Of a stretch of 64,000 bases of DNA, positions 51,532 to 61,059 are shown piece after piece. A program made the position numbers and the translations under genes. Position 1 is the stretch's first letter, and every line of letters begins with the position of its first letter. The stretch comes from Desulfurococcaceae archaeon. Lineage in GTDB: Archaea > Thermoproteota > Thermoprotei_A > Sulfolobales > Desulfurococcaceae. A model generated the notes under the pieces. The model did not search any database. It had not been told where the DNA came from and saw only the letters and a program-made list of their open reading frames with translations. The stretch covers positions 96,001 to 160,000 of the forward strand of contig JAWAJB010000004.1 of NCBI GenBank assembly GCA_038888155.1, written 5' to 3'.

Positions 51532-52761
51532 CTACTTTGATTTTGCTGCTACTATTTTTATCACATCATTGTCTCCGAGAACATAGGATTCCCCAACGCG
51601 CTTCTTCTTCACTGCATCTAGTGCATATAGGAAGCCCTCGCCTAGATCTGTATGAATCATATATGCGAGCTCCCTAGCTGTGGTCCCTTGCTCCACTAAG
51701 TAGGCATCAGGAAGTACATTCCCGTAATGATCTACATACTTGTTTTCATCCTCTACTGGGTAAACTGTAATCATCTTCAGCTTGTTTAGAATTGCCCTTC
51801 TGAGTAGCTCCTCAACGCCCGTTGAGCCGTACACCTTCATAACGCTGTCCCTAATAAGATCAAGGGCCTTGATGTGCTCTCGCGTTAACTTTTCGGGCGG
51901 CGCTTTAACTTCAAAATCAACGTCCCCGGGCAGGTACTCTAGGATCCCAGATTGGCTTGCTCTCCTGAGGATGAGCTCGGCTAGCGCGCTAACGGGAACA
52001 ACGTTTTCAGCGCCGAACTTCTGCACTAGCCTCTTAACGTTCTCTACTGCTTCTGGGTAATCAACTTTATTAGCAGCTATTAAGATTGGCTTTGAAGCCT
52101 CGCGCAGTTTGACAGCAAACCTCTCTATGTCCAAGTTTCCCCATAGCTTAGGGTGCTTTGAGTCAAGCTCAGCGCGCTTAATTGCCTCTACAACGTGCTT
52201 CCTCTTAATGCTTATTCCCGATAAGCTCTGGTAAATTAAATCGACGGGGTTCTGGGCAGTAGACACCGATTTAGCAATTTTTGAGCTCCAAACCCTCATG
52301 ACAACGCCCTTAAACCACTCATTTATCTCTGCAAGAATGAGCTCGGCCTCTGCGGCTGGATCATGCGTTCCAGGTTTGCTTTTATTTCCCTCTAAGTCCG
52401 TTGATCCAGATGCATCTACTATGTGAATTAAAACGTCTGCCTGCCGCAAGTCATCCATGAACTTGTTTCCAAGTCCCCTACCTTTACTTGCGCCGGGTAT
52501 GAGCCCAGCAACATCAATTACCTTTACTGGAATGAACCTAGAGCCCTTTGCGCATAGCCCGCTACGAGGATTGCAGCCCTGAAGCCCTAATTTAACGTGA
52601 GCGCAGTCTCTCCTCACGTAGGATACCCCTACGTTTGGCTCAATTGTTGTGAACGGGTGGTCAGCTATTTTAACTGGTATGAGCGTCATGGCAGCGAAAA
52701 GGGTTGATTTGCCTACATTTGTTTTGCCTACAATACCAATGAGCTTTTCAGGTGGTGGCAT
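51532..52761 (-). CDS. ychF: Obg-family YchF-like NTPase with TGS domain
   Basis: GKTNVGKST, PFTTIEPN, DVAGL, NKVD, IHTDL. Confidence 0.93.
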   Translation of the reverse strand: MPPPEKLIGIVGKTNVGKSTLFAAMTLIPVKIADHPFTTIEPNVGVSYVRRDCAHVKLGLQGCNPRSGLCAKGSRFIPVKVIDVAGLIPGASKGRGLGNKFMDDLRQADVLIHIVDASGSTDLEGNKSKPGTHDPAAEAELILAEINEWFKGVVMRVWSSKIAKSVSTAQNPVDLIYQSLSGISIKRKHVVEAIKRAELDSKHPKLWGNLDIERFAVKLREASKPILIAANKVDYPEAVENVKRLVQKFGAENVVPVSALAELILRRASQSGILEYLPGDVDFEVKAPPEKLTREHIKALDLIRDSVMKVYGSTGVEELLRRAILNKLKMITVYPVEDENKYVDHYGNVLPDAYLVEQGTTARELAYMIHTDLGEGFLYALDAVKKKRVGESYVLGDNDVIKIVAAKSK

Positions 52762-52826
52762 TTTTATAGCCCCTCTTTATAACCCTCTTTTAGTGATTTA
52801 AGTACATTTAGAATGGTGTTGCTAAA

Positions 52827-53492
52827 ATGGCCCAGGGATTATATTATCACCTAGCTGAGACTTGGAAGAAAATTTACAGCGGAGAAGAGATACAGGCATT
52901 GAGGCAGAAGCTACTAGAGTGGAGGAAAGCCCCATCGGTCGTTAGAGTGGAGAGGCCAACGCGCCTAGATAGAGCTAGGGAACTTGGGTACAAAGCAAAA
53001 GTAGGATTTGTAGTGGTTAGAGTTAGAGTCAGGAAAGGCGGACAGAGAAAATCTAGGCCGAATACAGGCAGAAGACCTAAGAGAATGGGTGTTTACGGGT
53101 ATGCTCCAGCTAAAAGCCTCAAGTTAATTGCTGAGGAGAGGGCTGCGAGGAAGTACAGAAACCTCGAAGTGCTGAACAGCTACTATGTCGGTGAAGACGG
53201 CAGGTACAAGTGGTACGAAGTTATATTAGTAGATAGTAGCCACCCAGCTGTGTGCAGGGATCCTGAGGTTAAGTGGGTCTGCGAGCCTCAAAACCGCGGA
53301 AGAGCGCACAGAGGCTTGACAAGCTCAGGTAAGAAAATGAGAGGGCTGAGGAAGAGCCGAGGTTTGCGGAACACGACTTACTACAAGTGGAAAAAGAAGC
53401 AAAAAGAGAGAGCTCTTGGGATTCGTCATGAGGCTAGTAGAGGAGCTCATGAACTATGGCAAGCCGCAGCGAAGCTGAGAGAAGAAAAGTAG
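52827..53492 (+). CDS. rpl15e: 50S ribosomal protein L15e
   Basis: [28 protein letters not shown]. Confidence 0.97.
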   Translation: MAQGLYYHLAETWKKIYSGEEIQALRQKLLEWRKAPSVVRVERPTRLDRARELGYKAKVGFVVVRVRVRKGGQRKSRPNTGRRPKRMGVYGYAPAKSLKLIAEERAARKYRNLEVLNSYYVGEDGRYKWYEVILVDSSHPAVCRDPEVKWVCEPQNRGRAHRGLTSSGKKMRGLRKSRGLRNTTYYKWKKKQKERALGIRHEASRGAHELWQAAAKLREEK

Positions 53493-53935
53493 ATGTATCA
53501 TACCTCGAGGCAGCCGCTCTATGCCACGCTACTGAAGAATGTTCTCGCGTCGAGGAGTCAGTGAGAAGGATTTTTCCTCCCGAACTCAGGGAGGCCGTTG
53601 AACTAGAGATAGCCCATATGGATGGGTACTACGGAAACCCAATAAGTGTTATTACGGCGAGACTAAACAACAGCCAGCAGGTCCATTTAACGCTCAAACA
53701 CGTCTCTGAGGCGTTAGACCCCCTCGAGAAAGCAATTCTCAGGACGACGTTCGAGATGAGGTATGATCACAAGAGTAAAAAACTCGTAGTGAGGTTCTCC
53801 AAGCAAGATCTTTACTTAGGCAAGCTCAAGATCCACGACTCCGACGATGTAGTTAAGGTAATAATAGGTTTAAAGAATGCTAAGAGTTTGTCCGACGCCA
53901 TTAACTTCTTCAGCTTTTGTGGTTTACTCTCTTAG
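53456..53935 (+). CDS. Exosome-operon predicted RNA-binding protein (COG1325-like)
   Basis: HATE, GYYGNPI, RFSKQ, DDVVKV. Confidence 0.85.
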   Translation: MASRSEAERRKVDVSYLEAAALCHATEECSRVEESVRRIFPPELREAVELEIAHMDGYYGNPISVITARLNNSQQVHLTLKHVSEALDPLEKAILRTTFEMRYDHKSKKLVVRFSKQDLYLGKLKIHDSDDVVKVIIGLKNAKSLSDAINFFSFCGLLS

Positions 53936-53952
53936 CTTCAAGGTGCACAAAG

Positions 53953-54570
53953 TTGGCTCGCGTGTTCACAGACATATACGTCAAGAACTGCACCGATATT
54001 CTCCTAAAGAATGCCTGGAGACTGGGGTACTCGAGCATCCTCTGCGAGGGCGGTGAATTTCAGAAAGCTGGAGACACTAGGATAAGAGCAGTCAAGAAAA
54101 TTATAGTAAATGCAGAGACTTCCTCTAAGCTTAAATCTCAGCTGAGGAGCATAGATTACATCAACACGTTCATTACAGTGCACCCCCTGAGCATAGATGT
54201 TGCAAGGTGGTCTGCGCACGACACTAGGGTAGATAGCATATTAATGACTCCCAGCAATATGAAGTTCTTTGATAAGAAGCAGTTGAGCATAATGAAGTAC
54301 TACGCCAAACCCCTTGAAGTACACTTGCCCTACTTAATTCACAGCGATGGCTATATAAGGGGCGCGCTGTATAGGAAACTAAACCTGTTTGTTAGTGGGA
54401 GAGCGGCACTCCTGCTGGGATCAGCTGCTGAGCATTGGGTGGACATGTATCCCCCTATTTCAATAATCAAGTTCCTGCTCACACAGTACGATATACCCGA
54501 GGACTTTTCCCGCACTTCGCTAACTGATACTCCTAGACACGTAATTACTAATAAGGCAGGGCCTCTGTAA
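53953..54570 (+). CDS. rnp3: RNase P protein Rpp30 (PHP-like)
   Basis: AWRLGY, ARWSAHDTRVD; position before Pop5; TTG 53953 after AGGTG. Confidence 0.75.
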   Translation: MARVFTDIYVKNCTDILLKNAWRLGYSSILCEGGEFQKAGDTRIRAVKKIIVNAETSSKLKSQLRSIDYINTFITVHPLSIDVARWSAHDTRVDSILMTPSNMKFFDKKQLSIMKYYAKPLEVHLPYLIHSDGYIRGALYRKLNLFVSGRAALLLGSAAEHWVDMYPPISIIKFLLTQYDIPEDFSRTSLTDTPRHVITNKAGPL

Positions 54571-55028
54571 TGGTGGACATACTCACCTCAATTGCCCTAA
54601 TTGTATCTGCTTGCTTGCTAATAACTTCGTTGTTGTTGATGAAGAAGGCAGCTAAGATGTACAGGGCCCTGAGCGCTCTCCTAACTCCGAGAAAAGTAAG
54701 CGCAAAGAAAGTGAGGAAAAGGTACATAGTTTTTGCAGTTATCTGCGAAAGCAAGGCGACCCCAGATGGGGTGCACAAGGCAATTGAGCAGACCTTCCTC
54801 GAGCACTACGGCAGAGGAACTTTCCATAGAGCGTCGCCCTACCTCATGCTATTTGATGAGGCGTCCCAGAGGGGTATTTACAGGGTATCTCACATGTTTG
54901 TAGATCATATGCTTGCCTCTATGGGGTTAGTGAAGAAAATTGACGAGAACAAGTGCATAGTTATGCCCCTTCGGACGACAGGTTCGCTTAAAAGGGCACA
55001 GAAATACGTGAAGAAGCCAAGGCCGTAG
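54570..55028 (+). CDS. rnp2: RNase P protein Pop5/Rpp14 with hydrophobic N-terminus
   Basis: RKRYIVFAV, GIYRVSH, RTTGSLKRA. Confidence 0.88.
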   Translation: MVDILTSIALIVSACLLITSLLLMKKAAKMYRALSALLTPRKVSAKKVRKRYIVFAVICESKATPDGVHKAIEQTFLEHYGRGTFHRASPYLMLFDEASQRGIYRVSHMFVDHMLASMGLVKKIDENKCIVMPLRTTGSLKRAQKYVKKPRP

Positions 55029-55058
55029 AAACAAATAATATCCTCTATCTGCGTTGTT

Positions 55059-55118
55059 GTGCTAGATGATGATGCCGCTCCAAAATGAAGAGTGATTTAT
55101 TCGCGACGAGCTGAGCAC
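55059..55118 (+). ncRNA. Box C/D methylation-guide sRNA
   Basis: Terminal stem GTGCT/AGCAC; C ATGATGA 55066-55072; 12-nt guide; D' ATGA 55085-55088; C' GTGATTT; 12-nt guide; D CTGA 55111-55114. Confidence 0.85.
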
Positions 55119-55154
55119 GTTTTAAATCCCCTTATGAAGTATTTTGAAAACAGA

Positions 55155-55242
<88 letters not shown>

Positions 55243-55398
55243 CTCTAATGTAAGTGCGCAGTGAAGGCTTTGTTACTGCCAATGGCTCATTTATTCAAAT
55301 AGTGAAGTTTATAAGGTAAAATAGACAAGCAAGCTAGTAAAGGTCTAGTTTTTATTACTCACTTAGCATTATGTACCACTAGATTTAGAGGTGGTGTT

Positions 55399-56139
55399 AT
55401 GGGCCTTTCAATGGCAGCAGCATATGACAGGGCAATAACGATATTCTCGCCAGACGGCAGAGTGTACCAAGTTGAGTACGCTTTCGAGGCCGTCAGGAGG
55501 GGCTGGACTACTCTGGGCATGAAGACTCGTTCTACTGCTATTGTTGCAGCAGAGAAACGCAAGATATCCCCCCTCACGGACGAGCGGTCTATACAAAAGG
55601 TGTTTAAGCTAGATGACCACGTAGGCGCTAGCTACGCGGGTATGGCTGGAGACGGCAGGATCTTACTTGATTACGCTATTCAACAGGCACTGCTTCACCG
55701 GTTTTACTACGATGAGCCAATTCCAGTTGAGCACTTAGCTAAACTAGTGTGCGATGTCAAGCAAATCTACACTCAGCACGCAGGCGTGAGGCCATTTGGT
55801 GTTTCTATTATTTTCGCTGGCGTAGATGAGCTAGGGTCGCATGTATTCATGACTGAACCTAGCGGTAGGTATTTAGGCTACTACGCCACAGTTATTGGAG
55901 AGAAAAGCAACACTGTAATAGAGTTCCTCGAGAAAAACTACAAGTACGATCTAGACGTCAAGGGCTCAATTAAATTAGCTATAGAAGCAGTTGTGGGGAT
56001 CATAGAGAGCAAGCCGTACGAGAACTACATCGAGCTAGGCTACGTGGATGTGCAGACTAGAAAATTCCAGGTTTTGAGACCCGAGGAGTTAAGGACGTAC
56101 ATAAAAGAGCTCGAAAGCGAAGGTAAAATAAAGGCTTAA
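55399..56139 (+). CDS. psmA: Proteasome alpha subunit
   Basis: YDRAITIFSPDGRVYQVEYA, RPFGVS; TTTATAAG at 55308. Confidence 0.98.
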   Translation: MGLSMAAAYDRAITIFSPDGRVYQVEYAFEAVRRGWTTLGMKTRSTAIVAAEKRKISPLTDERSIQKVFKLDDHVGASYAGMAGDGRILLDYAIQQALLHRFYYDEPIPVEHLAKLVCDVKQIYTQHAGVRPFGVSIIFAGVDELGSHVFMTEPSGRYLGYYATVIGEKSNTVIEFLEKNYKYDLDVKGSIKLAIEAVVGIIESKPYENYIELGYVDVQTRKFQVLRPEELRTYIKELESEGKIKA

Positions 56140-56202
56140 ACTATTCTTTTACACAAATCCCTGTAGAGAGATTTTACATATAGGAACTAACTGGGGTTCA
56201 CT

Positions 56203-56898
56203 TTGACGGATAAATACGTGATAGCTAAATACGAGGCAAAGGGGCACAGATTTGAAGTGCTAGTTAATCCTGATCTTGCCCTTAAACTTAAGGAGGGCAA
56301 GAACATCAGCTTGGAGAGCGTGCTAGTGAGCGACTTCATATACAAGGACGCCAGGAAAGGCTTAAAGGCTTCTCCCGAGTCAATGAAGGGGGTTTTCGGG
56401 ACAGACGACCCCAAAGCAGTTGCGCTAGAGATAATAAAGCACGGCGAACTGCAGCTAACAGCAGAGCAGAGGAGGAGATTCCTAGAGGAGAAGCGCGCGC
56501 AGATTGTTAACTTAATAGCCAAGAACGCCGTTGACCCAAAGACAAAGCTGCCCTTACCTCAGAAAAGAATAGAGCTAGCGATGGAGCAGGCGCGGGTATC
56601 TATAGACCCATTCAAGCCTGCAGAGCATCAAATAGATGAAATAGTTTCAGAAATAGCGAAGATCATCCCAATAAAAATCGCTAAAGCCTACATTAAGGTG
56701 TGCTTTCCCGCAGAGTCTGCTAGCAGGGGGCTAAGAGCTCTCCAAGGCATGGGAAGCGTTAAGAAAAGTAAGTGGCTTGACAATGGAAGCTTGGAAGTGG
56801 AAGTAGAAATTCCAGCTGGCCTTCAGCAAGAGCTAATAGATAAGGTAAATGCCCTAACTAAGGGATCGGGGGACGTTAAAGTACTAAGTGTAGGGTGA
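56203..56898 (+). CDS. Ribosome maturation factor SBDS/Sdo1
   Basis: RFEVLV, FGTDD, GELQLTAEQRR, DPFKPAE. Confidence 0.95.
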   Translation: MTDKYVIAKYEAKGHRFEVLVNPDLALKLKEGKNISLESVLVSDFIYKDARKGLKASPESMKGVFGTDDPKAVALEIIKHGELQLTAEQRRRFLEEKRAQIVNLIAKNAVDPKTKLPLPQKRIELAMEQARVSIDPFKPAEHQIDEIVSEIAKIIPIKIAKAYIKVCFPAESASRGLRALQGMGSVKKSKWLDNGSLEVEVEIPAGLQQELIDKVNALTKGSGDVKVLSVG

Positions 56899-56904
56899 TA
56901 TAAG

Positions 56905-57636
56905 TTGAAGATCCTAGTAGCGGATAAACAACTAGTTAAGCCAGGAGACTGCCTTGCCCTCTTAGAAAAGGAGGAAGTACAGCCAGAGCAGGGACTGAAG
57001 CACATACCGGATAAGCACATATACATCTATGGAGATAGAGTGTACAGCGACATAATGGGCGTTGCAAGCGTTGAGGACAAATCAATAAGCGTCATACCGC
57101 TTGAGGGTGTTTACATACCCCATAAAGAGGATAACGTTATAGGGTTAGTTGTTGGCGTTGGGCTATCGAACTGGATTGTCGACATTAAGGCCCCCTATAA
57201 GGCTGTTTTACCTGCAAGCGACGTAATTGAGGGTTTTACTCCATCAACTCATAATTTAAGGAACTACCTCGATGTCGGCGACTTCATATACGCGAGAATA
57301 GTTGCTTATGACAGGCTTAGGGATCCCCTCTTAACTATTAGGGGCAAGGGCCTTGGAAAGATAATCGAGGGCTTCGTAATAGACGTTAAGCCAAGCAAAG
57401 TTGGTAGAATAATTGGCAAAAAGGGTAGCATGTTTAACGTTCTCGCCTCGTCAACGGCCTGCGAGATCTCAATTGGGCTGAACGGCTACGTTTGGGCTAA
57501 GTGCCCCGACGAATCCACATTGAGCATACTAATAAAGGCAATTAGACTTATAGAAACAAAGGCTCACATGAAGGGCTTAACAGAGGAAGTTAAGATGTTT
57601 ATCGAGTCACAGCTAGGTGTTAAACGTGAGAAGTGA
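56905..57636 (+). CDS. rrp4: Exosome RNA-binding subunit Rrp4
   Basis: [12 protein letters not shown] (S1), RIIGKKGSM (KH), GLNGYVW. Confidence 0.95.
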   Translation: MKILVADKQLVKPGDCLALLEKEEVQPEQGLKHIPDKHIYIYGDRVYSDIMGVASVEDKSISVIPLEGVYIPHKEDNVIGLVVGVGLSNWIVDIKAPYKAVLPASDVIEGFTPSTHNLRNYLDVGDFIYARIVAYDRLRDPLLTIRGKGLGKIIEGFVIDVKPSKVGRIIGKKGSMFNVLASSTACEISIGLNGYVWAKCPDESTLSILIKAIRLIETKAHMKGLTEEVKMFIESQLGVKREK

Positions 57637-58363
57637 GCTAGAATTAATAAAGGAAGACGGCACGAGATCGGACGGCCGTAAACCTGATGAACTGCGTCCA
57701 GTGAAGATATCGATAGGCGTTTTGAAGAACACCAATGGAAGCTCCTTAGTTGAATACGGGGGCACTAAAGTAGTTGCAGCTGTTTACGGTCCGCGTGAAG
57801 CGCTACCTAAACACATCAGCATGCCCGATAGAGCTGTTCTAAGAGTGAGATACCACATGGCTCCGTTTTCAACTGAAGAGAGAAAGAATCCTGCCCCCAC
57901 AAGAAGGGAAGTAGAGCTCTCTAAAGTAATACGCGAAGCTCTCGAGGCCGTTGTATTCACCTCTATGTTTCCGCGCGCGGGCATCGACGTTTTTGTAGAG
58001 GTATTACAGGCCGATGGAGGGACGAGGACAGCTGGGTTAACAGCTGCCTCGCTCGCCTTAGCTGATGCGGGAATACCAATGAGGGACCTAGCTATAGGTG
58101 TAGCCATTGGTAAAGTTAAAGGAACACTGCTACTCGATGTAAATGAGCTTGAGGACCAGCACGGAGAGGCTGATCTGCCCATAGGAATTGCCCCGAGTTT
58201 AGGGGAAATAGTCTCGTTCCAGCTAAATGGAGTTCTCACGAAGGACGAGCTAAGAGCTGCAGTTGATATGGCGTTTAAGGCAGTTCAGCAAATCCATAAA
58301 CTAGCGAAAGATGCTCTCCACAATAAGTACGCAAAGGCACTTGAAGAGGTGATCGTTAGATGA
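57626..58363 (+). CDS. rrp41: Exosome subunit Rrp41
   Basis: [32 protein letters not shown]. Confidence 0.97.
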   Translation: MRSELELIKEDGTRSDGRKPDELRPVKISIGVLKNTNGSSLVEYGGTKVVAAVYGPREALPKHISMPDRAVLRVRYHMAPFSTEERKNPAPTRREVELSKVIREALEAVVFTSMFPRAGIDVFVEVLQADGGTRTAGLTAASLALADAGIPMRDLAIGVAIGKVKGTLLLDVNELEDQHGEADLPIGIAPSLGEIVSFQLNGVLTKDELRAAVDMAFKAVQQIHKLAKDALHNKYAKALEEVIVR

Positions 58364-59223
58364 GCATAACTCCTGAGAGAGAGCCCTTACCTAAAATGCA
58401 CGTTGATTACATATTAAAATCAATTAAGCGAGGAGAGAGACTAGATGGTAGGGGCCTCCTAGACTTCAGGCAGGTTCAGGCTATATTAAACCCCATTGAG
58501 AAAGCTGAGGGCAGCGCCCTCGTAAAGTTAGGTAAAACACAGGTTATCGTGGGCATTAAAACAGATCTAGACAAGCCATTTAGGGATCGGCCCAGTGAGG
58601 GGATCTTACAGGTACATACAGAGTTCGTTCCGCTCGCATCTCCCTCGTTCGAGCCTGGTCCACCGGATGAGAACTCCATAGAGGCGGCGCGAATTATTGA
58701 TCGCTCGTTGCGCGAACCCAAGGTAATTAAACTAGAGGACCTAGTAGTAGAGCCAGGAAAACTCGTGTGGGTTATATACAATGACGTATACTTAGTTGAC
58801 TACCACGGAAACATTGTAGACGCAAGCATGATTGCGTCGATGTTAGCTCTCGCTGGCGCTAGGCTTCCCAGCCTCACTATGACAGAGGACGGGTACCAAG
58901 TGAATAGAGGCGTCAAGGATAAGCCTATTCCAATTTCCACTCTAGTTGCTACTGTGACTATGGGTGTAATAGGCGAAGTAGTGTTCGTAGACCCAACGCT
59001 CGAGGAGGAGGCTATTGCAGATGCCCTAATAACAGTAGCTGTGGACGAGAGGGGCAGTATATGCGGGGCGCAAAAGAGAGGGGAGAAAGGCGTGTCTAGG
59101 AGCACGTTGGAGAAATCCGTTGAGATTGCCCTCGACAAGGGTAAGTGGCTTATAGACTACATGAAGAATATCTTAAATAACCCCCAAGAGTACATTAAGC
59201 CACTATCGAAGTGGGGTGCTTAG
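58360..59223 (+). CDS. rrp42: Exosome subunit Rrp42
   Basis: [20 protein letters not shown]. Confidence 0.97.
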   Translation: MSITPEREPLPKMHVDYILKSIKRGERLDGRGLLDFRQVQAILNPIEKAEGSALVKLGKTQVIVGIKTDLDKPFRDRPSEGILQVHTEFVPLASPSFEPGPPDENSIEAARIIDRSLREPKVIKLEDLVVEPGKLVWVIYNDVYLVDYHGNIVDASMIASMLALAGARLPSLTMTEDGYQVNRGVKDKPIPISTLVATVTMGVIGEVVFVDPTLEEEAIADALITVAVDERGSICGAQKRGEKGVSRSTLEKSVEIALDKGKWLIDYMKNILNNPQEYIKPLSKWGA

Positions 59224-59225
59224 CC

Positions 59226-59486
59226 ATGGGCAGAACTAAATTAGTTGGAATAGCTGGGAGATACGGACCAAGATACGGAGCAACGCTACGCAAGAAAGTG
59301 AGGGATATATTAGCAAAGCGGTATTCAGATCACTCTTGTCCATTTTGCGCTCACAAGGGGACGGTAGTTAGGGAGAGCACAGGTATATGGTCATGCAGGA
59401 AATGCGGAGCTAAGTGGGCTGGCGGCGCATACACTCCGAGGACAGAGATATCTAAGACCTTTCCCAGCATTATCACTAGGGAGTAA
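59226..59486 (+). CDS. rpl37ae: 50S ribosomal protein L37Ae
   Basis: GRYGPRYGATLRK, CPFC, GIWSCRKC, AGGAY. Confidence 0.97.
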   Translation: MGRTKLVGIAGRYGPRYGATLRKKVRDILAKRYSDHSCPFCAHKGTVVRESTGIWSCRKCGAKWAGGAYTPRTEISKTFPSIITRE

Positions 59487-59491
59487 TATTT

Positions 59492-60028
59492 TTGATCCTC
59501 ATAACTACTTCTCATAGGCCCTCGCCTAGAGTTAGATCTTTTGTTAAAGACCTCGCTTCAATTCTCCCAGGCGCACACAGAGTCAACAGAGGACATAAAA
59601 CTCTCTCAGAGCTCGCCATTGAGTCTGTCGCTAGAGGAGCGGATTACCTGGCTATAATCTCCGAGAAAGGAGGAAATCCCTCTGCTATTAGCATATACGA
59701 AATAGCCGAAAAGCACACGCACTGTCCATCGCCCTTAAAAATTGCAGAGTTGTTGCTCCATGGCGTGAAGCTCTCAAGGGAGGTCCAGGGCTCTCATAGG
59801 GCATACTATGCTAGCTGTATAAGCATTGATCCCTCGAAGTGCACATCAGATGACTGCTACTTCATTGCTGATCTTTACACTAAGATCTTCATCAAGGCGA
59901 TGTGCAGCAAACCAGACCTATTGATGGTGCTTGAGGACAACAAGTACGTTACAATAAAGTACGTTAGCGCCAACGGAGATCCGGTCGGTCCAGTTATCAG
60001 CGTGATCCGAGCCTTGAGATTTAGGTGA
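59492..60028 (+). CDS. Brix-domain ribosome biogenesis protein
   Basis: ILITTSHRPSPRVRSFVKDL, NRG, GNP, GP. Confidence 0.9.
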   Translation: MILITTSHRPSPRVRSFVKDLASILPGAHRVNRGHKTLSELAIESVARGADYLAIISEKGGNPSAISIYEIAEKHTHCPSPLKIAELLLHGVKLSREVQGSHRAYYASCISIDPSKCTSDDCYFIADLYTKIFIKAMCSKPDLLMVLEDNKYVTIKYVSANGDPVGPVISVIRALRFR

Positions 60029-60339
60029 GATGTGATATGAATATAAGCGTAGAGTACAGAGTACACTCGAGCTCGAAAGCTGTTGTAAACGCTCTGTGCA
60101 AGTCGCTAATGCCTGATTTAGGCAACCTGCCCGAGGGTTGCTCCGGAGCAGTAAAGCCGGAAGAAGACAGCCTCGCACTAAAGCTAGAGTGCACCGATAT
60201 AAGTAAGCTTAGAGCCCTGAGCAACAGCTTTATAGGAGTGTTGTTATTGTTATTGGAAATAGCAGGTGAGTTCGTGAATGTCGGAGAAAACCTTACCACC
60301 GGAGGTACAGCAGCTAATAATACAGTATCAGACACTTAG
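60025..60339 (+). CDS. Second Pcc1-family protein
   Basis: SLMPD, DISKLRALSNSF; lies between Brix and prefoldin. Confidence 0.78.
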   Translation: MRCDMNISVEYRVHSSSKAVVNALCKSLMPDLGNLPEGCSGAVKPEEDSLALKLECTDISKLRALSNSFIGVLLLLLEIAGEFVNVGENLTTGGTAANNTVSDT

Positions 60340-60646
60340 AGAGCACTACTCTAGACTTGAGGCAGAGCTCAGAGTAGTTGAGGCTGAGCTGGGAGAGATA
60401 AACAACGTAATGGATACCTTGAAAACTCTAGATGAAGGAGCTGAGCTGTACAAGGCCACTGGCCACATACTGGTGCGCCGCTCAAAAAATGACATTGTTA
60501 AGGAACTAGAGGAGAGGAGAGAGCTCCTCTCCCTTAAAAAAGACAAGTACAAAAAACAGCTAGATTTCTTATCTAAGCAAATAAACGACCTCGAAAATAG
60601 GCTGCGAGAGGCGCTAACTAAGCAAGGCATAACAGTGGCTCGGTGA
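60278..60646 (+). CDS. pfdB: Prefoldin beta subunit
   Basis: LPPEVQQ, coiled coils around YKATGHILV. Confidence 0.94.
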   Translation: MSEKTLPPEVQQLIIQYQTLREHYSRLEAELRVVEAELGEINNVMDTLKTLDEGAELYKATGHILVRRSKNDIVKELEERRELLSLKKDKYKKQLDFLSKQINDLENRLREALTKQGITVAR

Positions 60647-60653
60647 GCTAGTA

Positions 60654-60983
60654 CTGAACCCTAACAGAGGAAGTAAAAGCTATTTTGAAGCCCTTAAAAG
60701 CCTACCCGAGGAACAGCTCGAAGAATTACTTTTAACTATTGAGAGAGAAGTAGACAAGTACTTAAGAGAAATCCTCCCGCCCAAAGCCGATTTTAACACT
60801 ACTATAAGCGTAATTAAAAGGGAAGATCGAGTCGACTTTGCTATTGAGATATCGATAAGCGGGTGGATTCAACACCGCGAAAGCTTCGGTAGGCTTGCGC
60901 AGGACGCAGTTAACTACGCGAGGAGGCAGCTAGCTAGGAGCCTAGAGGGCATGCAGCGAAGCCGCCCCCATGACAGTTTTTAA
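60654..60983 (+). CDS. Hypothetical protein (DUF3194-like) with probable CTG start, missing from the ORF track
   Basis: 109-codon stop-free frame (YFEALKSLPEEQLEELLLTIEREVDKYL...DAVNYARRQL); GGTGA 60642-60646 lies 7 nt before CTG. Confidence 0.7.
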   Translation: MNPNRGSKSYFEALKSLPEEQLEELLLTIEREVDKYLREILPPKADFNTTISVIKREDRVDFAIEISISGWIQHRESFGRLAQDAVNYARRQLARSLEGMQRSRPHDSF

Positions 60984-61059
60984 GGGGGTATTGTTGAGTT
61001 TATAAGCTACCAATAAACTATAAGTAGAAAACGACCTGCTTAAAAAGAGGGCTTGAGTC

